Part shown: positions 11,370 to 25,844 of the stretch, piece by piece
Numbering within the stretch: position 1 is the first letter of the stretch
Layout: every line of letters begins with the position of its first letter
Source: Paraphysomonas bandaiensis
Taxonomy: Eukaryota > Protista > Chrysophyceae
Reading direction: 5' to 3'
DNA length: 64,000 nucleotides
Assembly: GCA_965644295.1 (NCBI GenBank)
Contig: CBFFRP010000208.1
Location: forward strand, 1-64,000
Program-made: the position numbers and the translations under genes
Notes under the pieces: model-generated
The model's input: the letters and a program-made list of their open reading frames with translations, nothing else
Database searches by the model: none
Told to the model about the DNA's origin: nothing

Positions 11370-13405
11370 TCACAGCTTAACCACCCCTCCTTCAATCTTA
11401 GAAAATAGTTCTTTATCAAGAGGAAGCACTTTACCATCCCTCTGTGAGTAGAAAAATAGCTTGTCGTTCTTCACTTTGGAAGGGTCAAATCCGTCTTTCA
11501 CGAGGTCTGTCTTCTGGTGCTTAAATGTCGTCGTCACAGCCATCGTCTCCTGAATGCGCAGAAATGCAGGTCGAGAATAGTGCGTAAGGTGCTTAGTGCA
11601 CTCCGAATGGAACACTGTCCAGTCTATTTTGTCCACCGGCATTCCTTCAGAGAGAGATATAGCGGCCATCCCAACTCTCCCATCATAGTCGGGGACAGTG
11701 ACACCATACACTGTCACATCGGCGAACCCAGGCACTGCATCTAGCACATTTTCCACCTAATACGAATGTGATCAATATAATAAAATACACGCTTTATAGC
11801 TTACTTCAGTAGTTGCTACATTTTCTCCCTTCCATCTGAATGTGTCTCCAACTCTGTCGGACCAGTAAAAGAACCCTTGCTCGTCACGCGAAAGCAGGTC
11901 TCCAGAGTTAAAAAACTGGTCTCCCTTACGACGTACATCTCGAATAATTTTGCGCTGAGTAGCAGACGAATCCGAATACCCATCGAACCGACGGTCTAGT
12001 CGTTTGTTATCAATCAGATTGCATACCAATCCTACTTCGTTGACATCAGCTAGTACGCAGAGCCCTTCGGGTGAGCGAACTGGTACAGATTTGTCTTCCG
12101 GGTCGACACGAAGAATCCTGCAAGACATCATCGTGGACATAGTGAGCAGATATAGTGTTTCAAGTAGAAAGGGCGCTTACTTGACCGGGTAGAGTAGATC
12201 TGCAAAGTAGGGCATGTAGCCCAGCGCACCAACTTGGCCCGCACTATTAAAGCAACTGATGTTTCCTTCAGTGGCGGCGTAGAACTCCACTATACGATGC
12301 ACATTATAGCGAGCCTTGAACTTGACCCACACATCAGGTCGCATCCCATTACCGATAGCGTACCTAAGACGCACTTTGCTGTCATCCGGGTTTGGCGGGG
12401 CGTTAGCTAGATATCGACAGAGTTCACCGATGTATTGCATTGCCACACATTTGTACTTGATGCAGTCAGGAGTAAAGCTACGCGCAGAAAACTTTTTCCT
12501 GGTAAAATCTATTACATAGACAAATATATAGTGCATAATTCTTACCTGAGCACCATAGTGGCTCCGGCTCTCATACATCCTCCTATAGCCAGCATTCCTC
12601 CTGCAGAATGATAGAGGGGAAGGCAATTGTAAAAGCGATCTCCAGGCTTCATGTAGAGGAAAACATATCCCGGAAGGGTACCAGCCAAGTAACGGGAACT
12701 AGATATTTTGGATGCTTTAGGAAGGCCAGTGGTGCCGCTGGTGAATATGTAAATCAACGGATCCCTCTCCTTAACCGTATTCCTATACACACGATCTACT
12801 CGGCTACCGTCCAAAGAGGAAGTTGCATTCTCCACGTCATCCCAAAAGTGTACAGAAATACCCTTTCTTTTCATCTCAGCTATTTCTTCAGAAAGAGAAG
12901 ACTTAAGTTCACTGTCGATAACAGCAATTTTATTTTCGGAGTCGGCAACAGATAGCTCAACACAGTGCATGAGAGACTTTCCCGTGACGGTAGAGTTAAC
13001 TAGACTACTGCGCACTCCTATCTTGGCCATTCCTAACCAGAACACCACCAACTCCGGCCTGTTGGTCATAACAACAGCAACTGTATCATGTTGTTTTAGT
13101 TTCAAACTTTGACCCCAACGAGCGAGTTGATTCATTTGTCTCTCCATCCCCCCTAAAGTGATCGCCTTATCATCCTCTACAGTTATAAACTGAACTATAT
13201 CCGGATTATCATCAACTTTATCTTCAAAAAAATCAACAAAACTCCATATTTTACCGGAGTTTAAGTATCCATGTCGCCTCTGATGGTATAACAGAGTCAG
13301 TAACTCGAACATATTCCTGATCTTACCAAACCACACTGTATCTTTATAAAGGAAGTATACAGAGATAGGGGCGAGCAATGCGATTAATCCTATGAGAACA
13401 AGCAT
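11370..13405 (-). CDS. Fatty acid transport protein / very-long-chain acyl-CoA synthetase (SLC27/FAT1 family)
   Basis: YIFTSGTTGLPK AMP-binding motif, QYIGELCRYL, EFYAATEGN, DRVGDTFRWKGENVATTEV and an N-terminal TM. Four exons plus a small intron near 12120-12180. Confidence 0.95.
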
Positions 13406-15444
13406 AGTGGATTTAATTTGAGGTGTGGTAAATGAGTCAGTAATAGTGTAGTTATGTGCAGGATATTATGGTGCTTGGATGTGTGTGTGTATCCTCGAGA
13501 TCATACTGCATCAGCTCATATCATATGCATGTGTGTGGAGTCATAGTGTAGTGTGTGTGATAGCTAGGTAGCTCAGGTACACACATTCACCTACATATGA
13601 TCATACTGTACGTGTACTCCCTCTACATATTCTGTGTGGGACATACACTGCGTGGCACGATTTCAACAACGTGGAGCTCCTCCTTCAATAAAAACAGCAG
13701 TATGCTGTATGCTACGGTATTTTACATACTGTATACAACTCGTTTTTTATAATATAAAAACCGCGTTTATTTATAGCCAACTGCCCTTTTTTCGTTTTTG
13801 GTTCATATAAAATTCATATTTTTTTCCTATAGCAGCAGTATGTGTAGATTATCCAGTTAACGGAAGCTGTTAGTGCACCATATCTAGACATGACGACGAG
13901 GATCTTCATTCATCCCCTCATTTCATGCCACAATGAAGTAAGTGATATACGATACAGTGCAGTGTTGTATGAATGGCATATAAGAGAGTAGGCTCTGTTG
14001 TGTGTGGTATTATGAGACAGACAGAAGGAATGGAGGCATGTGTGTGTGCACCAGCTCTCTTCTTGTCCGCTGTGTCGTGTCTGAGCGTTAGTTAGGGCCT
14101 CGTTCATTCCATGTGCTCATGTCTGTGCAGTAGCGTTACTCTATTGGCTGCGGGGCTGTGAGTGTTAACCGCTGCGGGTCTTAAGGATTCTCTGCTGCTT
14201 CTTGCATGTCGGTAATGTTGTGTCAGCGAATATTTTAGCGAACAAGAGTTTAGCTTTGTACTGCCATCGGAAGTTGGGTATGAGAACATCTTGGGCTAGT
14301 TCAGTATGTTTCCTTGCTACTCCAGTCTCATCGATACCCAGCGCCACTTCTCGCAACTCATCGAAGTCATTGAAGATTCTGTCATAGTTCCGCAGCGGCT
14401 CAGTGGTCTTTTGTTGAAGAATTCAGAATATTTCATGACTGCTGACCTTGCACTACCAAGCACATATCTTCCATGATGATGTCATTTACTAATTCAATTG
14501 GTTTGTAAAATACTATAAAGTATTGCTTAATACTGCTAATGTGTTGTCTACTATTATGGACAGTTGACAGACACTATGATGGTCAAAACTATAATCACTG
14601 GAAGACGACACTAATTCACTGTATTGAAAGCACTGGGAAAGAGAATACGGAATGTGTGATAAAAATAAATCAATGCGTTGCACCTTGTGTCACACATTAC
14701 ACTACTACCACATATTACATCGTAAACATTAAAAAGTGCTTTGACGATACCTAGCAGAATGTAGTTTCGTTGGTAAGAGCATGGGATGTTGTCCATTGTC
14801 CAGCAATACTGAAAAGTCTTATTCACCGCAATGTGTCCACCCACCTCACCATCACGTCCACACTTTTCCGCCCCATAATACGTACTACAACTACTGCTCT
14901 AAACTCCAACCCCAGGCACACACATCCAGTGAAGATGTACGACCTATTGACTTACAGACGCACCTCCAGCTCACACGCCCCAGCCCTCACTATCAAGCAG
15001 TACGGAGGTAATACCCTAATGTAGATCCTTGGTGAGTCATCACACTCGAAACAGTCATACCGTGGTGCTTGATTGTGTAGCAACGCACAAACAGTTCCTG
15101 AGCTGTACAAATCAAGGTCTCATGTAACAACTAAAGGCACTACATATTTACTGTCATTAGGGTGCTTTAGAATTTAGAATTTTAACCTGCGTACTTGCAT
15201 TCAAATATCTTCGCTAGTGTATACATAGCCAATTGCACCAGTCTTGCTCTTTGCTACGGATATCGACCTGAAGTATATCGTTAAAATGAGCTTATAGTTA
15301 GTATTAACTTACAGGATAAGTACTTTTGTCTTCTCTCAATCAGTGCTATTACTGTCTACTGTTAAACTTTAATGTTGATAGGTATATATACTTGAAAATA
15401 AAAAGAGATGTCTACAACATGTTGTCAATGAAGACTTAGAATAT

Positions 15445-15632
15445 TGAAAGTCTTATTATTAGCAATAGGCGTTAAAAACCTGCACCAACATAGTAGCTAG
15501 TTGAATGCTAGACAAACTAGTTAGACCTCTATCTGTAACTAATCAGTACACACTTTTTTTATCCTACTACTTAACGCTACGGAAGCTGCTTGTGCGTCGC
15601 CGCAAGCACCAAGGTGCGACCACTTCCGCTCT
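15445..15632 (-). repeat. Dispersed element 'R', copy 2
   Basis: Reverse complement of the R consensus, from TGAAAGTCTTATTATTAGCAATAG to GCACCAAGGTGCGACCACTTCCGCTCT. Confidence 0.85.
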
Positions 15633-15639
15633 AAGTTCT

Positions 15640-16150
15640 TAAGGTGAACATGCCGGATGCTTGACTTCAGCAGGCAGACAAACCCCGGTTACCCTTCAAG
15701 CAACATGCATAGCAGCGTGTTCTGGACTTGGTACTTATGAGTCCAACTACCGCTGCTTGCTCCATATAGAAGCGCAATATATTGTTGTTAAGAGGCTCTT
15801 TAGTTGATGATCACACCTGAACGTAGAAACTTGAATCTATATCGTCTAGAATCGTTGCTATTCCTACGAGCCAATTACATGATGTGGAATGCTTTTACCC
15901 TCCATGAAGGCCTGCAAGAAGATCCTGATATGCCAGTAGAGAGCGAGAAGTAGATAAGATTCGTAGTCTGCTATTTAATTAAAAATTAATAATTAAGGGA
16001 GCTCTATACTATCTATTATCAGCGATATTATCTACTTTAAGTTAGTAGGTATTAATGGCCGTTAATGGGCCATTAATGGTCATTAACGGCCATTATATTA
16101 GCCGTGAACTGGACTACCATTAATGGGCCATTAAAGGTTACCAGACCCTG
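15640..16150 (+). mobile_element. Decayed hAT transposon 3' end (dimerisation-domain remnant plus right TIR)
   Basis: Frameshifted LVLMSPTTAA...VKRLFS..., then 15804-15953 reads LMITPERRNLNLYRLESLLFLRANYMMW...SEK*, matching the hAT C-terminal motif. Subterminal CCATTAATGG repeats; ends in GGTTACCAGACCCTG (CAGGG-type TIR). Confidence 0.75.
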
Positions 16151-16398
16151 GTTGTACACAACATCATACTACTGCTGAGTTGCTGTCTGAGGGCAATTAA
16201 AAGCGTAGCTCTAAGATATTTGAATTATGACTACTATATGAATAATGCAGTGTAGCGATTAACAGTATTAACTGAACTACTGTACTAAATGTCTTATTAT
16301 TTATATAGGTGTTTATTGATAATTGCTCATTTTAAGCTAGATCACAGAGAGAATTTGTCGTAAGACTAGATAGATTTATTAATATCGTTTACATGAAG

Positions 16399-16610
16399 TT
16401 GTGATAACCAACACTAACTCATTATAATTCCTGCATAATATCCTACATATGCGAACCTCTCGTTACTGAACATATCTTGAAAGATCAAACTGTTTCAGTT
16501 TCTCAATATCATCACAGCATTTGTACATCACTATATTTCACTGTATTCTCGTACATTGTCTTCAAGTGACATACTGAATATACTAGAATAAGATCCATAT
16601 TCTAATAGTG
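16399..16610 (+). repeat. ~220-bp dispersed repeat, copy 2
   Basis: Diverged match to 10920-11137. Confidence 0.85.
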
Positions 16611-16629
16611 TTTAAGAGTCAGTGCTTAC

Positions 16630-16708
16630 CTCGCTCTGATATTCTACTATTTAACGCTACGAAAGCTGCTTATGTGTCACCGCAAGCACCAAGTCGCTTT
16701 CGCTCTAT
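16630..16708 (-). repeat. Partial element 'R' copy
   Basis: AACGCTACGAAAGCTGCTTATGTGTCACCGCAAGCACCAAG...TTCGCTCT. Confidence 0.7.
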
Positions 16709-19700
16709 CACTCAAAGCAAAAATATGAATAAAATGAAGTCATTACTATTTGATATCTACGTTTCGTTTTTCGTAGTCGATTTATTTCGGTAACATCTTG
16801 GCTCTTAATACCACATGTACACGACAGTGTAAAATAATTAACGTATATGTGTTTGCTTACTACACCAGATACGTCTAAAAGCAACTGTACACATAATTTA
16901 ACATGCCAATCACACACCAAGTACAATACAACAGCATCATCTCAACCCTGCCATCCAGATTCACCTTTGTGTTTATGATAAAACCTATAGCGCATATGTA
17001 TTTTAATAATCGGTTAATAGATTCGAGTCGTAATGCATACCGATTATAATCGCGTAAAGTTTCTGCAATCATTCTATCTGCCTTGCTTGCGGAGAGATAT
17101 TTGTTTTCCTATAGTGCTAGTAAAACAAGATACGCATACAATGAGTACCACTACCTTAGCTTTATTTCTCTTCTTTAGCGCCTGATAAGCTGCAACTGCT
17201 GACTTAGATTGTCTTTGACTGAACGGTATAAAGGGCTTCTCTCCGCCGTCCACAGATTCCTGCATTGTTACTCCAGATACATCATCACTCTTGAGTTTTC
17301 GTTGGCGATATACTTGTGATCCAAGCGAAAGGGTCTTCTTCGATGGAGAAGTCTGTATACGAGTTATTCGGATTATAAATTCTGCACTCCTAAGCTTACA
17401 GATGTAGTGCCCGTCACATCTTTTCCTGGACTGAATCTCTTTGTTGGACTACTTGAAGCTATATGAAAAAATAAGCACACGTTTGTCAAAATAGAAATTT
17501 TGTTCACCTCTTGTTGGCGACGGTATGAATCCGTGTCCCTGACGATATAGTCAGTGGAATAACTCAGAACTATAGAATTCATCGCTCACCTTAACCAAAC
17601 CACCAGCGGACGCATGCGAGTTTCCGGACTTCTCGAGATCACCAGGTGGCTCAAGGTGGCCGGCTTCTTTACCATACTTCCAAGTGGCAAACGATACCAC
17701 CCACTTAAACAATCGTACGTACCGCTGTGATACAAAAGCCATAAAAACTAGCCAGAGAAATTCATACGTAAAGTTGCCAAACCTTCCTTTTCGTTTCGTT
17801 GGGTACCAACAAGTGTAGCTTCTCTGTCGCAGCTGCAGCATCTGCAAATCGGGTGACGGAACTACAATGAAAAAATAAATGAAATACCATCTGAGTTCTT
17901 GGCATTATGTATTTTATCTAGCTGCTCACGTACAAAGGGGGGTAGTAGTGAGTCTGACAGCTGTTGATTTTGATTATCCTGGATACTGCGATTAGAAGCA
18001 TATAAATTACTAAATCAATCCCGTCACCTCATCACCAGACTCGCTAGTCTCTCCCGCTTCGTCATCATCGTCGTCTAATTCCTGAGGTGATAAGGAAAAC
18101 ATGCGCATCATATTCATTACTGCAGCCGCTTCTTCCCCACATAGCTCTGGGCCATATATCCTCAGCAGGCGGTTGCGTGCCTCCATTGAGCTGCATTTTT
18201 ATGCATCATACACCTAAAAGGATTACATTGAATATTATATACCTCTTCATTCGTTTTATAGAGCAGAGCTCTACGGCGTATCGGATGTCGTTACGAATCT
18301 ACACACAACACCGCGTCAAAAGTGTAGTACAATGCCACACTTCACCCACATATATGAGAGACTTTAGTCGTTGACAACGCAATACAGTGTCCTGCACTAA
18401 ATATTCTCCGCCTGCCCGACACAATTATGACAGCGAATTAATTAACTATACACTCACCCAACCCCAGTGCTGTGGCCTGGTACACATACGCGCTGAGTCT
18501 ATCTGTATTGGCCAATAACTTCGGTACAGAATCACAGCGGTTCAGGATTGCTCGAATAGAATTTAACACTTCTCGCCTGAAAATGGACATTAGATATTCA
18601 AGAAACACGTAGAAACAGTCCTACCTCTGCTTGACTTTCTCCAGCGTGGATTTAGCCCTGCGGAGTTCATCCAGGTATACCATTCCGGCGTCTTCAGCAA
18701 GCTGGATTGCGTCGGTAAGCAAGACATCGCTCGCAGATACGATCGCTTCCTCGAGCTACCAGCAAAAAGCGTGTCAATTCACATAAGCATTACGTTTACT
18801 TTTACCTGTTCTTTCACATAAACTTCACCTTCAACTTCAAGGAGCAGATCCTGTTTAGTAAAGTGCTGGTTATACAGATCCTAACTGATAGAAAGCGCTA
18901 TTATCAACCTTAGCATTTTGGCATAATACTTTGACATGCTTTGATTTTATATCTAGTGTATCCACAAGGCTGATTGCCTGCATCATACTCACACATTAGT
19001 TGTACGCCTTACATACACTAGATAGTATTAAAACCTCTTTTAAACCAGTTTCAGAACGACTGCTGATGGCTCGTTCCAGCTTAACTTGGGCCTTGTTCAC
19101 CTAAATGATACAATAACTAACTTTTATGAGACTCACAGAAACAATACCCGTGATTTTGCTCGGCCCCACATTCCTCGAAATCGTTTCTGTATTCTTGTCG
19201 CAGCATCAAAATGTATTTTCCGTACACGCTCTTTTTCTTCTCTCCAACGTTGCCGCTTCTCCGCCTCGAGCTTTTGCTTCAGCGCATCGTTGTTTCTATA
19301 ATCTTCTTCTACCTTCTTCGAGCTTTCGTCTTCAACCGCCATTTTCCTTGCTTCCTCCTTAGCACGAAGCCGGTCCTTTTCTTTGGCCGCATTCATTTCC
19401 ATCCGCACGGAATAGAGTCGAAATCGAGCCATACAACCCCTGCGTCTCAATCATGATACACATTCATTTTACAAAAAAGCGCTGCTCAATTACCTCATAA
19501 TTCTCTGTATTTGAAGTGCAACGAAATCAACGGACCCATTACGGCACTCCTCCAGTGCATGCTTCGCTTTGAGGGTTCTCAAGAATACCTTCGTCACTCC
19601 GATGGCCCAGGTCGGCATTCCTGTGGCCGGGTTTTCGATCCCAATTTTAGGAGCCAACTCCTCAAGCATCATTCTGCATATGGGGGCTAGATCCATTCCC

Positions 19701-22022
19701 TGTTTGCGCTTGAATTTCATTGTACACAGGCAGCAATGTTTGTATCTCTGCACAAACTGCTCGTGTGACATGCGGATAGCATACCCCGCTTTGCGGATAT
19801 GAATTGCTTCAAACAATCCAGCATACTTCAGCTGGCGCAGCGATAGTACTGGATCGAATCTTCACATGCAAAGCGTTAAACACATATCGACGATTACATA
19901 ACTACTCACTTATTCGGTTGCTGCACGTCATTTGGCTTCACACATCTGATAAAGTGAGGAACCGTTGACTGAAGGGAGCTCATGAGACTGTCTAAATCAG
20001 ATTTAAATTTGTATGCAAGCGTTAGCTTTTCGGCCTTGCCAGTACTCAACCTCCCCTTCGTCTGGGCAGCCTCCTCCTCGCCCAGCGCAGACATTGCACT
20101 GATAACTCCGAGTGACGACGACTTCAGCAAGTTGACAAGGACAGTGGATAGAGTGTCTTTGTTTTTCTCTAGAAAGCCATCCACGGTGTACATAACATCT
20201 CCTGCAAAATGCCGAACACCAAAGTCATTAGGTTTCCGCCTGTTTCTGACAAAATACTTCGATTTAGTTGCAGCGTTCTCATCAAAAGTCGTATGGAGTC
20301 TGCTCACAAACTTTGTGTCCGAACCCCGAGGTACTACAACTTCTTCGTCCAACAACGCAAATATACCGGTATTTTTCATATCAATGAGACGAACACAACC
20401 AATGTTGTCCTGATATGTAATACTGGAGGCATCGATTTTCTCTTCCTCGTACATCTTCCGTTCATTCTCAAAAATAACTTCGTTGAAAAATGACTGCAAC
20501 CTTTCGTTGCAATAGTTGATGCATAATTGCTCGAATGAGTTTAGCTTAAACACCTCAAAGCCGAATATATCTAGCACACCGATGCTACGAGCGAGCCTCC
20601 CACGAAAGAGTATGTTGTTAACTCTAAATACTAGGTACTCAAAGAGTTTTCCATATATAAACTTGGACAGGGCATCTCTCTGATCCGCTGCCTTCGGGGG
20701 GTCTAGAGGGCTCGCAATCGTCTCGCCTGCACCGAAAGTTGATTCCTTGAAGCATAAAGCCTGCGAAAACAGCAAAATTATACATAGCATATCTCGCACA
20801 AAACAATCGTTTCACCTGTTCCAACGCCTCTGAGCTAACTCCCAGCAACGAGGCCACTCTATTACAGTCGGCGGGAGAGGATATCTGGCACCCGCCTTCG
20901 GTCTCTCTGGAGGGATTGAAAGATATATTTCCAAGATGTAGGATGCCGGCTAAAACTTGAAACACCTGATGCCGTACCTCAGTATCGAGACTTAAATGTG
21001 TCATTGAGTGGACGAGTGTGTTGAATTCGTCTTTTTCAGACCTCCCAGGGATTTCCATGCAACCACTCTGATTGAGATAGTTGAACTGATCAGGTGGCCG
21101 AAGCGAAAACTCCTTTCTCATATCTGGTGGAGCGCCAGCAAGGAGCATATAGAAGGAGTGATAATTGCGTTCATTTGGCATTTGATTTACTACTCTGGTT
21201 TTCTCTAATAGATACTGGACGATATTGCAGCCTTTAATTGCAAACCTGGAATCAAAGTTGACTTCCATGTATTTCCCAAACCTAGAGGAGTTGTTGTTAC
21301 GTACAGTTTTGGCATTACCAAAACCTTCTAAAAGGGGGTTGGAATCAAGAATTTGGCTCTCTACAGATACGCCTGCTCGACTGGCAGTACTTCCGGCCAT
21401 TGTCGAAAAGTATGTTAGCACTTTTTTCGTTGTCTCTGTCTTGCCGGCACCACTTTCCCCAGATATCAGCACGGACTGGTCCAAGTTGTCATTGATCATG
21501 TTGTGCAATGCAATCGCACCGATACTAAAAACGTGAGGTGTAGGGCTCTTAGTGGCTTTAACCGCTCGGCTAATTTCATGCATAACGTCATCACCATATA
21601 TATCAAGGTGCTGATATGGATTGAGTGCGATCAATATGCTACCGACAAAAGTATATATAAGTCCACTCAAATACCGCTGTTTGGTCTAGTAAAAACAAAC
21701 GATTATCAGTCAAAGAGGAGGATAAGAAAGAAATGAGTGTAAATAACCTGAAAGAGAATAACGCCTTCATTGAAGACTTCCATATCGACTAAATTATCAG
21801 CAATCTTATCGACACTCTCCGGCACAACCACATCATAGCATGAGAGATGGCCTGTGTGCTTGATGCTCTCTCCTCTGGGACCCTTCACTGTCACTGAGTC
21901 GTTATCTGATGCGATAACCTGACGTATATGAGTGTATAGAGGGGTGTATGTATGTGTGTGTATACCTCTGCTTGGATCCATGCCTCTTGAGGGTGACTCA
22001 CCCATATAACAGTCTTAGGCAT
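16708..22022 (-). CDS. Myosin heavy chain (N-terminal SH3-like, motor, IQ motifs, coiled coil, uncharacterised tail); 3' end approximate
   Basis: Start MPKTVIWVSHPQEAWIQAE. Motor motifs GESGAGKT, NNNSSRFGK, DIFGFE and FIRCVKPN. IQ motifs ALQIQRIMR and ATRIQKRFRG. Many short introns. Confidence 0.93.
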
Positions 22023-24119
22023 CACTGATATAGGGGGATATGCGTCTTGGATGGAGGTGACGGTATGGAGGTGGGTGGGATGATATGTTTAAAGTAAATC
22101 TATTGCGATGTAATGTACAGTGATCTTAACATACATACACAGCTCTCTATATATGTCTGTATATGTGTATGTATATATGTATGTACTCCTCTATAGCATA
22201 AACCACAGTGAGATCAGCGATACCGGATGTTGGAATTACATGTAGCCCGTGTGTTATAAGCGACCCTCCTTTCCTCCTTGTGCTTGGAATTCCACGAAAG
22301 TAGCAGTTCAAAAGGCGTCCGTGGTGTGAAAAACCCCATATTTTTAGGAAACTCCCTGAATTTTAGGACATGTAAGATACACACAGTAGCATGTACAGCA
22401 GAGTGGACGAGGCAGCATATGCATGATATTACAGGCAGCTGATCCCGCCTGGAGGCTCATCACTTCTCATTCTCAGACAAGAGGGACCACTGAAGCCTCA
22501 CTACAGTTACAGGGATACGGGCAGAAAGCCCAAGATACACACAGATCATCACGATATCTATGCAGTAGGGCGAGCATGGATTAGTGCGGTGAAGGATACC
22601 CTGCAGCAAATAGGACGCCAGAGATAGCTGTGATATGCGGATATCCTGTGCCCAGAGTTCAAAGTGTGAGTCTCCCTAGCATAGGCGCCGCACTAGTTGC
22701 TTCTCTACTGTACTGTGCTGCAATGAGTAGGGTGGGACTGAGACTGCAAGGACGTACTTAACGCTGGTGCATCGGCATTTTTTTGTAGTGTACCAAGACC
22801 AGTAGATAAGAATATTGCCGGTATATTTATATCTACGTTTTTGTTATGCAAAAGGGATTTACCCTTCTATGTAAGTGATCCTGCGTACAATGAAAAAGCT
22901 TCAAAACTATATCTCCAGGGCTCTCCATGAGGCTGAAAGTGCTCTTCCGGTAAATGCAAAGTATAATTCCTGCTGTTCAAGTCTATTCAATATGTGATAT
23001 ATATTGCCATTATATTGCTAGCTCGGAGGTTAACCTGACCATGACAAAAATTTCACACATGGTCAACACATTGGTTTAACATGAAGATTATTTACGGATA
23101 AGGAGGCCATAAGATCAATTACCTGGGGTATACAAGAGAGTAGATTGAGGGGTGTTCGAGATTATGCAAGTAGAGCAAGGCCGCTGCATGCATTGTTGGA
23201 TATTTTGTCTAGTCTCAGGCAAGACGTATTATGAGGGTCTGAACCTTATTTTCGGAGGGTTTATGAAAGTTCTGAGGTTGGTTTTTCTTGATTTTGTTTT
23301 GATTATACTAATGGAGTTATTTAGTGTTTACTGGTCGAACCTGTTGACTGCTATTTCCCACTACTAAAGCCCAAAACAAAAATTTCTGTTAATATTTTCC
23401 TTGATTTCGGGTGTACTTCTTACTCTTAGTAAGAATACGACCACGAGGAAGGAGTAAGCAGTCTCGTGTGGAGCGTTAGTGACGATGCCTTGCGCAGTGA
23501 CTCCTGCTTGGATCGTATAAAGTGCTGTAGATTGTCCCTTGAGAGGACGGGATGGGGAACGATATTTTAAACATAATTCAATTATAGCACAAAAATTTGC
23601 GCTTCTTAATAATCAGACGCTATTATAAGTCTTCTCTGACTGATACCTTAGTGGGTTTGAATATAAATCCGTCGTCCATATTATGACATTTACCAATCAA
23701 ACGGCTGAATTCCACAACTGTTCGAACATGTGGATCACTTTTCTTAATCGCATCCTCTAGCGCGTTGTAATCCTAATCTCTTAAAGGGATAATTTCATCA
23801 GCAAGAACATGCACAGACACCACTTCGGAATAACCCAGCCTAACGCTGTAATTGTTTTTCGAATGGGAAAGTCTTATGATATAACCGATCTTTCATCGAT
23901 CCCCCAAAAAGTTTGAAATTACCGCATGTGAATTATATTCCCATCGTCGTAACCGGGAAATATGGGGGTTGAGCCTCCTGCTGGTATACTACCATGATAA
24001 TAAGTACATGTAGGCATTATACAAACAACCACGTATAAAAATATATTCGAGTTTTACAAACAAGCAACAGGTAAACCAGAATCGCCAAACATAACCATTA
24101 AAATAACACGGGGTGTACG

Positions 24120-24600
24120 GAACCGCGTCGGAAGAAGAATATCTGCTGACTATGTATTCGCGGTTCACGTTAGTTTCCAGAAGAAATACTTCCGAAACTA
24201 ACCCCCCAGAACACTACGAAAAGGTGCGAGTCCGACTTTGTTGAGGGGGGAATCTTACTCAGGCGTATCTATAGAGCTCCACCGCGTGATCTATCGTAAT
24301 TAATCTGTTGCGAAGATACAACATGATGTTCTGCACTCCCATCCACGTTGTTGTATACACAGGGACACACGGGGAATTTACCCTCAACCCAATCTTTACT
24401 ATTATTTCTGTGTAGTTCAGCCCTTAATGGATACTCCCACAACATTATTTGTGTAGACGTCTTTTTGGGCCTTGATAAATAAGCAGGCATCCGGGAATTG
24501 CCCCACCACATGGCTATTGGGCTGCCTGTTGAAGTTAAGCACTCAAGATGAGTTCGCCTTCTTAAGGACTCCAAATTCCTGAAGTCAGCAGATATAAGGT
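24120..24600. mobile_element. Rearranged fragments of the same decayed hAT family
   Basis: 24130-24250 (+) matches the reverse complement of ~40190-40300 (TATCTGCTGACTATG...CGAAAAGGTGCGAGTCCGACTTTGTTGAGGGG). 24450-24560 matches 40365-40480. Confidence 0.7.
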
Positions 24601-25844
24601 ATATCAACATTCTGCTTGCTCACTGCGTTTTGATTGAGAGCAAGGGTGGTAGAACCTGCGGTTCTTTGCGGTGACACTACATATATAGTTCTCGTAGCGC
24701 TACCAAGTTGAACAATATAGCAATAATATATGTAGTGTTTATTAGATTTATGTCAAATTTAGCACCTCTTAAATTTACGTTAAATTCAAGTCTACTGCTA
24801 ATAATGGCATTTTATATATAACACTATCGGCGGGTTTTGCTGGCAGTTCCATCGGCCTAAAATGCATTAGTTTTTGTGTATGATCCATACGTTGACTGTC
24901 TTACATAGTGCACTACTTGTTGATCACCCAGGACTGATCGAACTTCGGTCGTTGCTTCCTATCTGAACTACCATCCGCTAACGAACCAGTAATTGACATA
25001 TGGGTAGTAAGACTTAAGTAACTAACCAGTAAACCCACTCTAGAATTTATTAGTTAGTGTTGTGATCAACGTCTCTTATCAGTCATGGTCATTCATGATC
25101 GTCACTACTATCAACTATCAATCAATAATCAATGCTATCACGGGCATTTCATATCGTATGTATCATAAATTCATGTAGTACAATTTTCAAGTGCTGTATT
25201 CTACAAGTAACGGTCATAATTCCTTCTTAATGTGAGAGTAGCTTTTAATTACTCACACCTTACACAAAGCAAAACTCAACATAACTGAAAGCGAAACCTG
25301 TGGGTTCAGTGTGACAATAACCTCCTCTATTACTATATGCCTACATCAAAGCTTCGCCTGGAAATAGTACCCTACACAGTCAAATCCAAAAAATGTAGCA
25401 ACACTGTATCAAATTAGAAGTTAATTATATCTTTTATCATAAGTATTCAATGTAAATAAAACCAACTCAAATCATTCATATCACATTTACTCCTACAAAA
25501 TAGGCCAACAAGAACCATAATACTCATCAAGCAAATAGCATAAGCTTGATAAGAAACAAATGCAAATACTAGGTCAGGTCGATGTTTGCCATGGATTTCT
25601 CACGAAATAACGTTTTCAGACTAATAAATCAAAAGCTATCTACAGTACAAAGCAAGATAGAGCTGCTCACATATATTCATTCTAACGGCTACCAACGTCA
25701 TATTATAGAAATGGGATGGCGTAGTACCTTATCAATCGAAAACAAAAATTTTCGTCACAGTGCAGTAACATCAAAATGAAGAAAAAGTTAACCATTCGCC
25801 AATGGTAACTGTCCTCATGTCGAAGCTCACTGCAGTCACAATAC

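Noticed and set aside
13910-15030. Short coding-like ORFs upstream of FATP
   Set aside because: No recognisable motif or consistent splice model; probably decayed debris.
22328-23970. AAACCCC(C)ATATTT motif at 22330, its inverse at ~23957, and copies at ~46814 and ~63643
   Set aside because: Too short to separate a TIR, a promoter motif and chance; no TSD found.
24205-24250. RTLRKGASPTLLRG looked like a tyrosine-recombinase HxLR motif
   Set aside because: The segment is contiguous with hAT-derived sequence at 40185-40480, so this is probably an off-frame coincidence.
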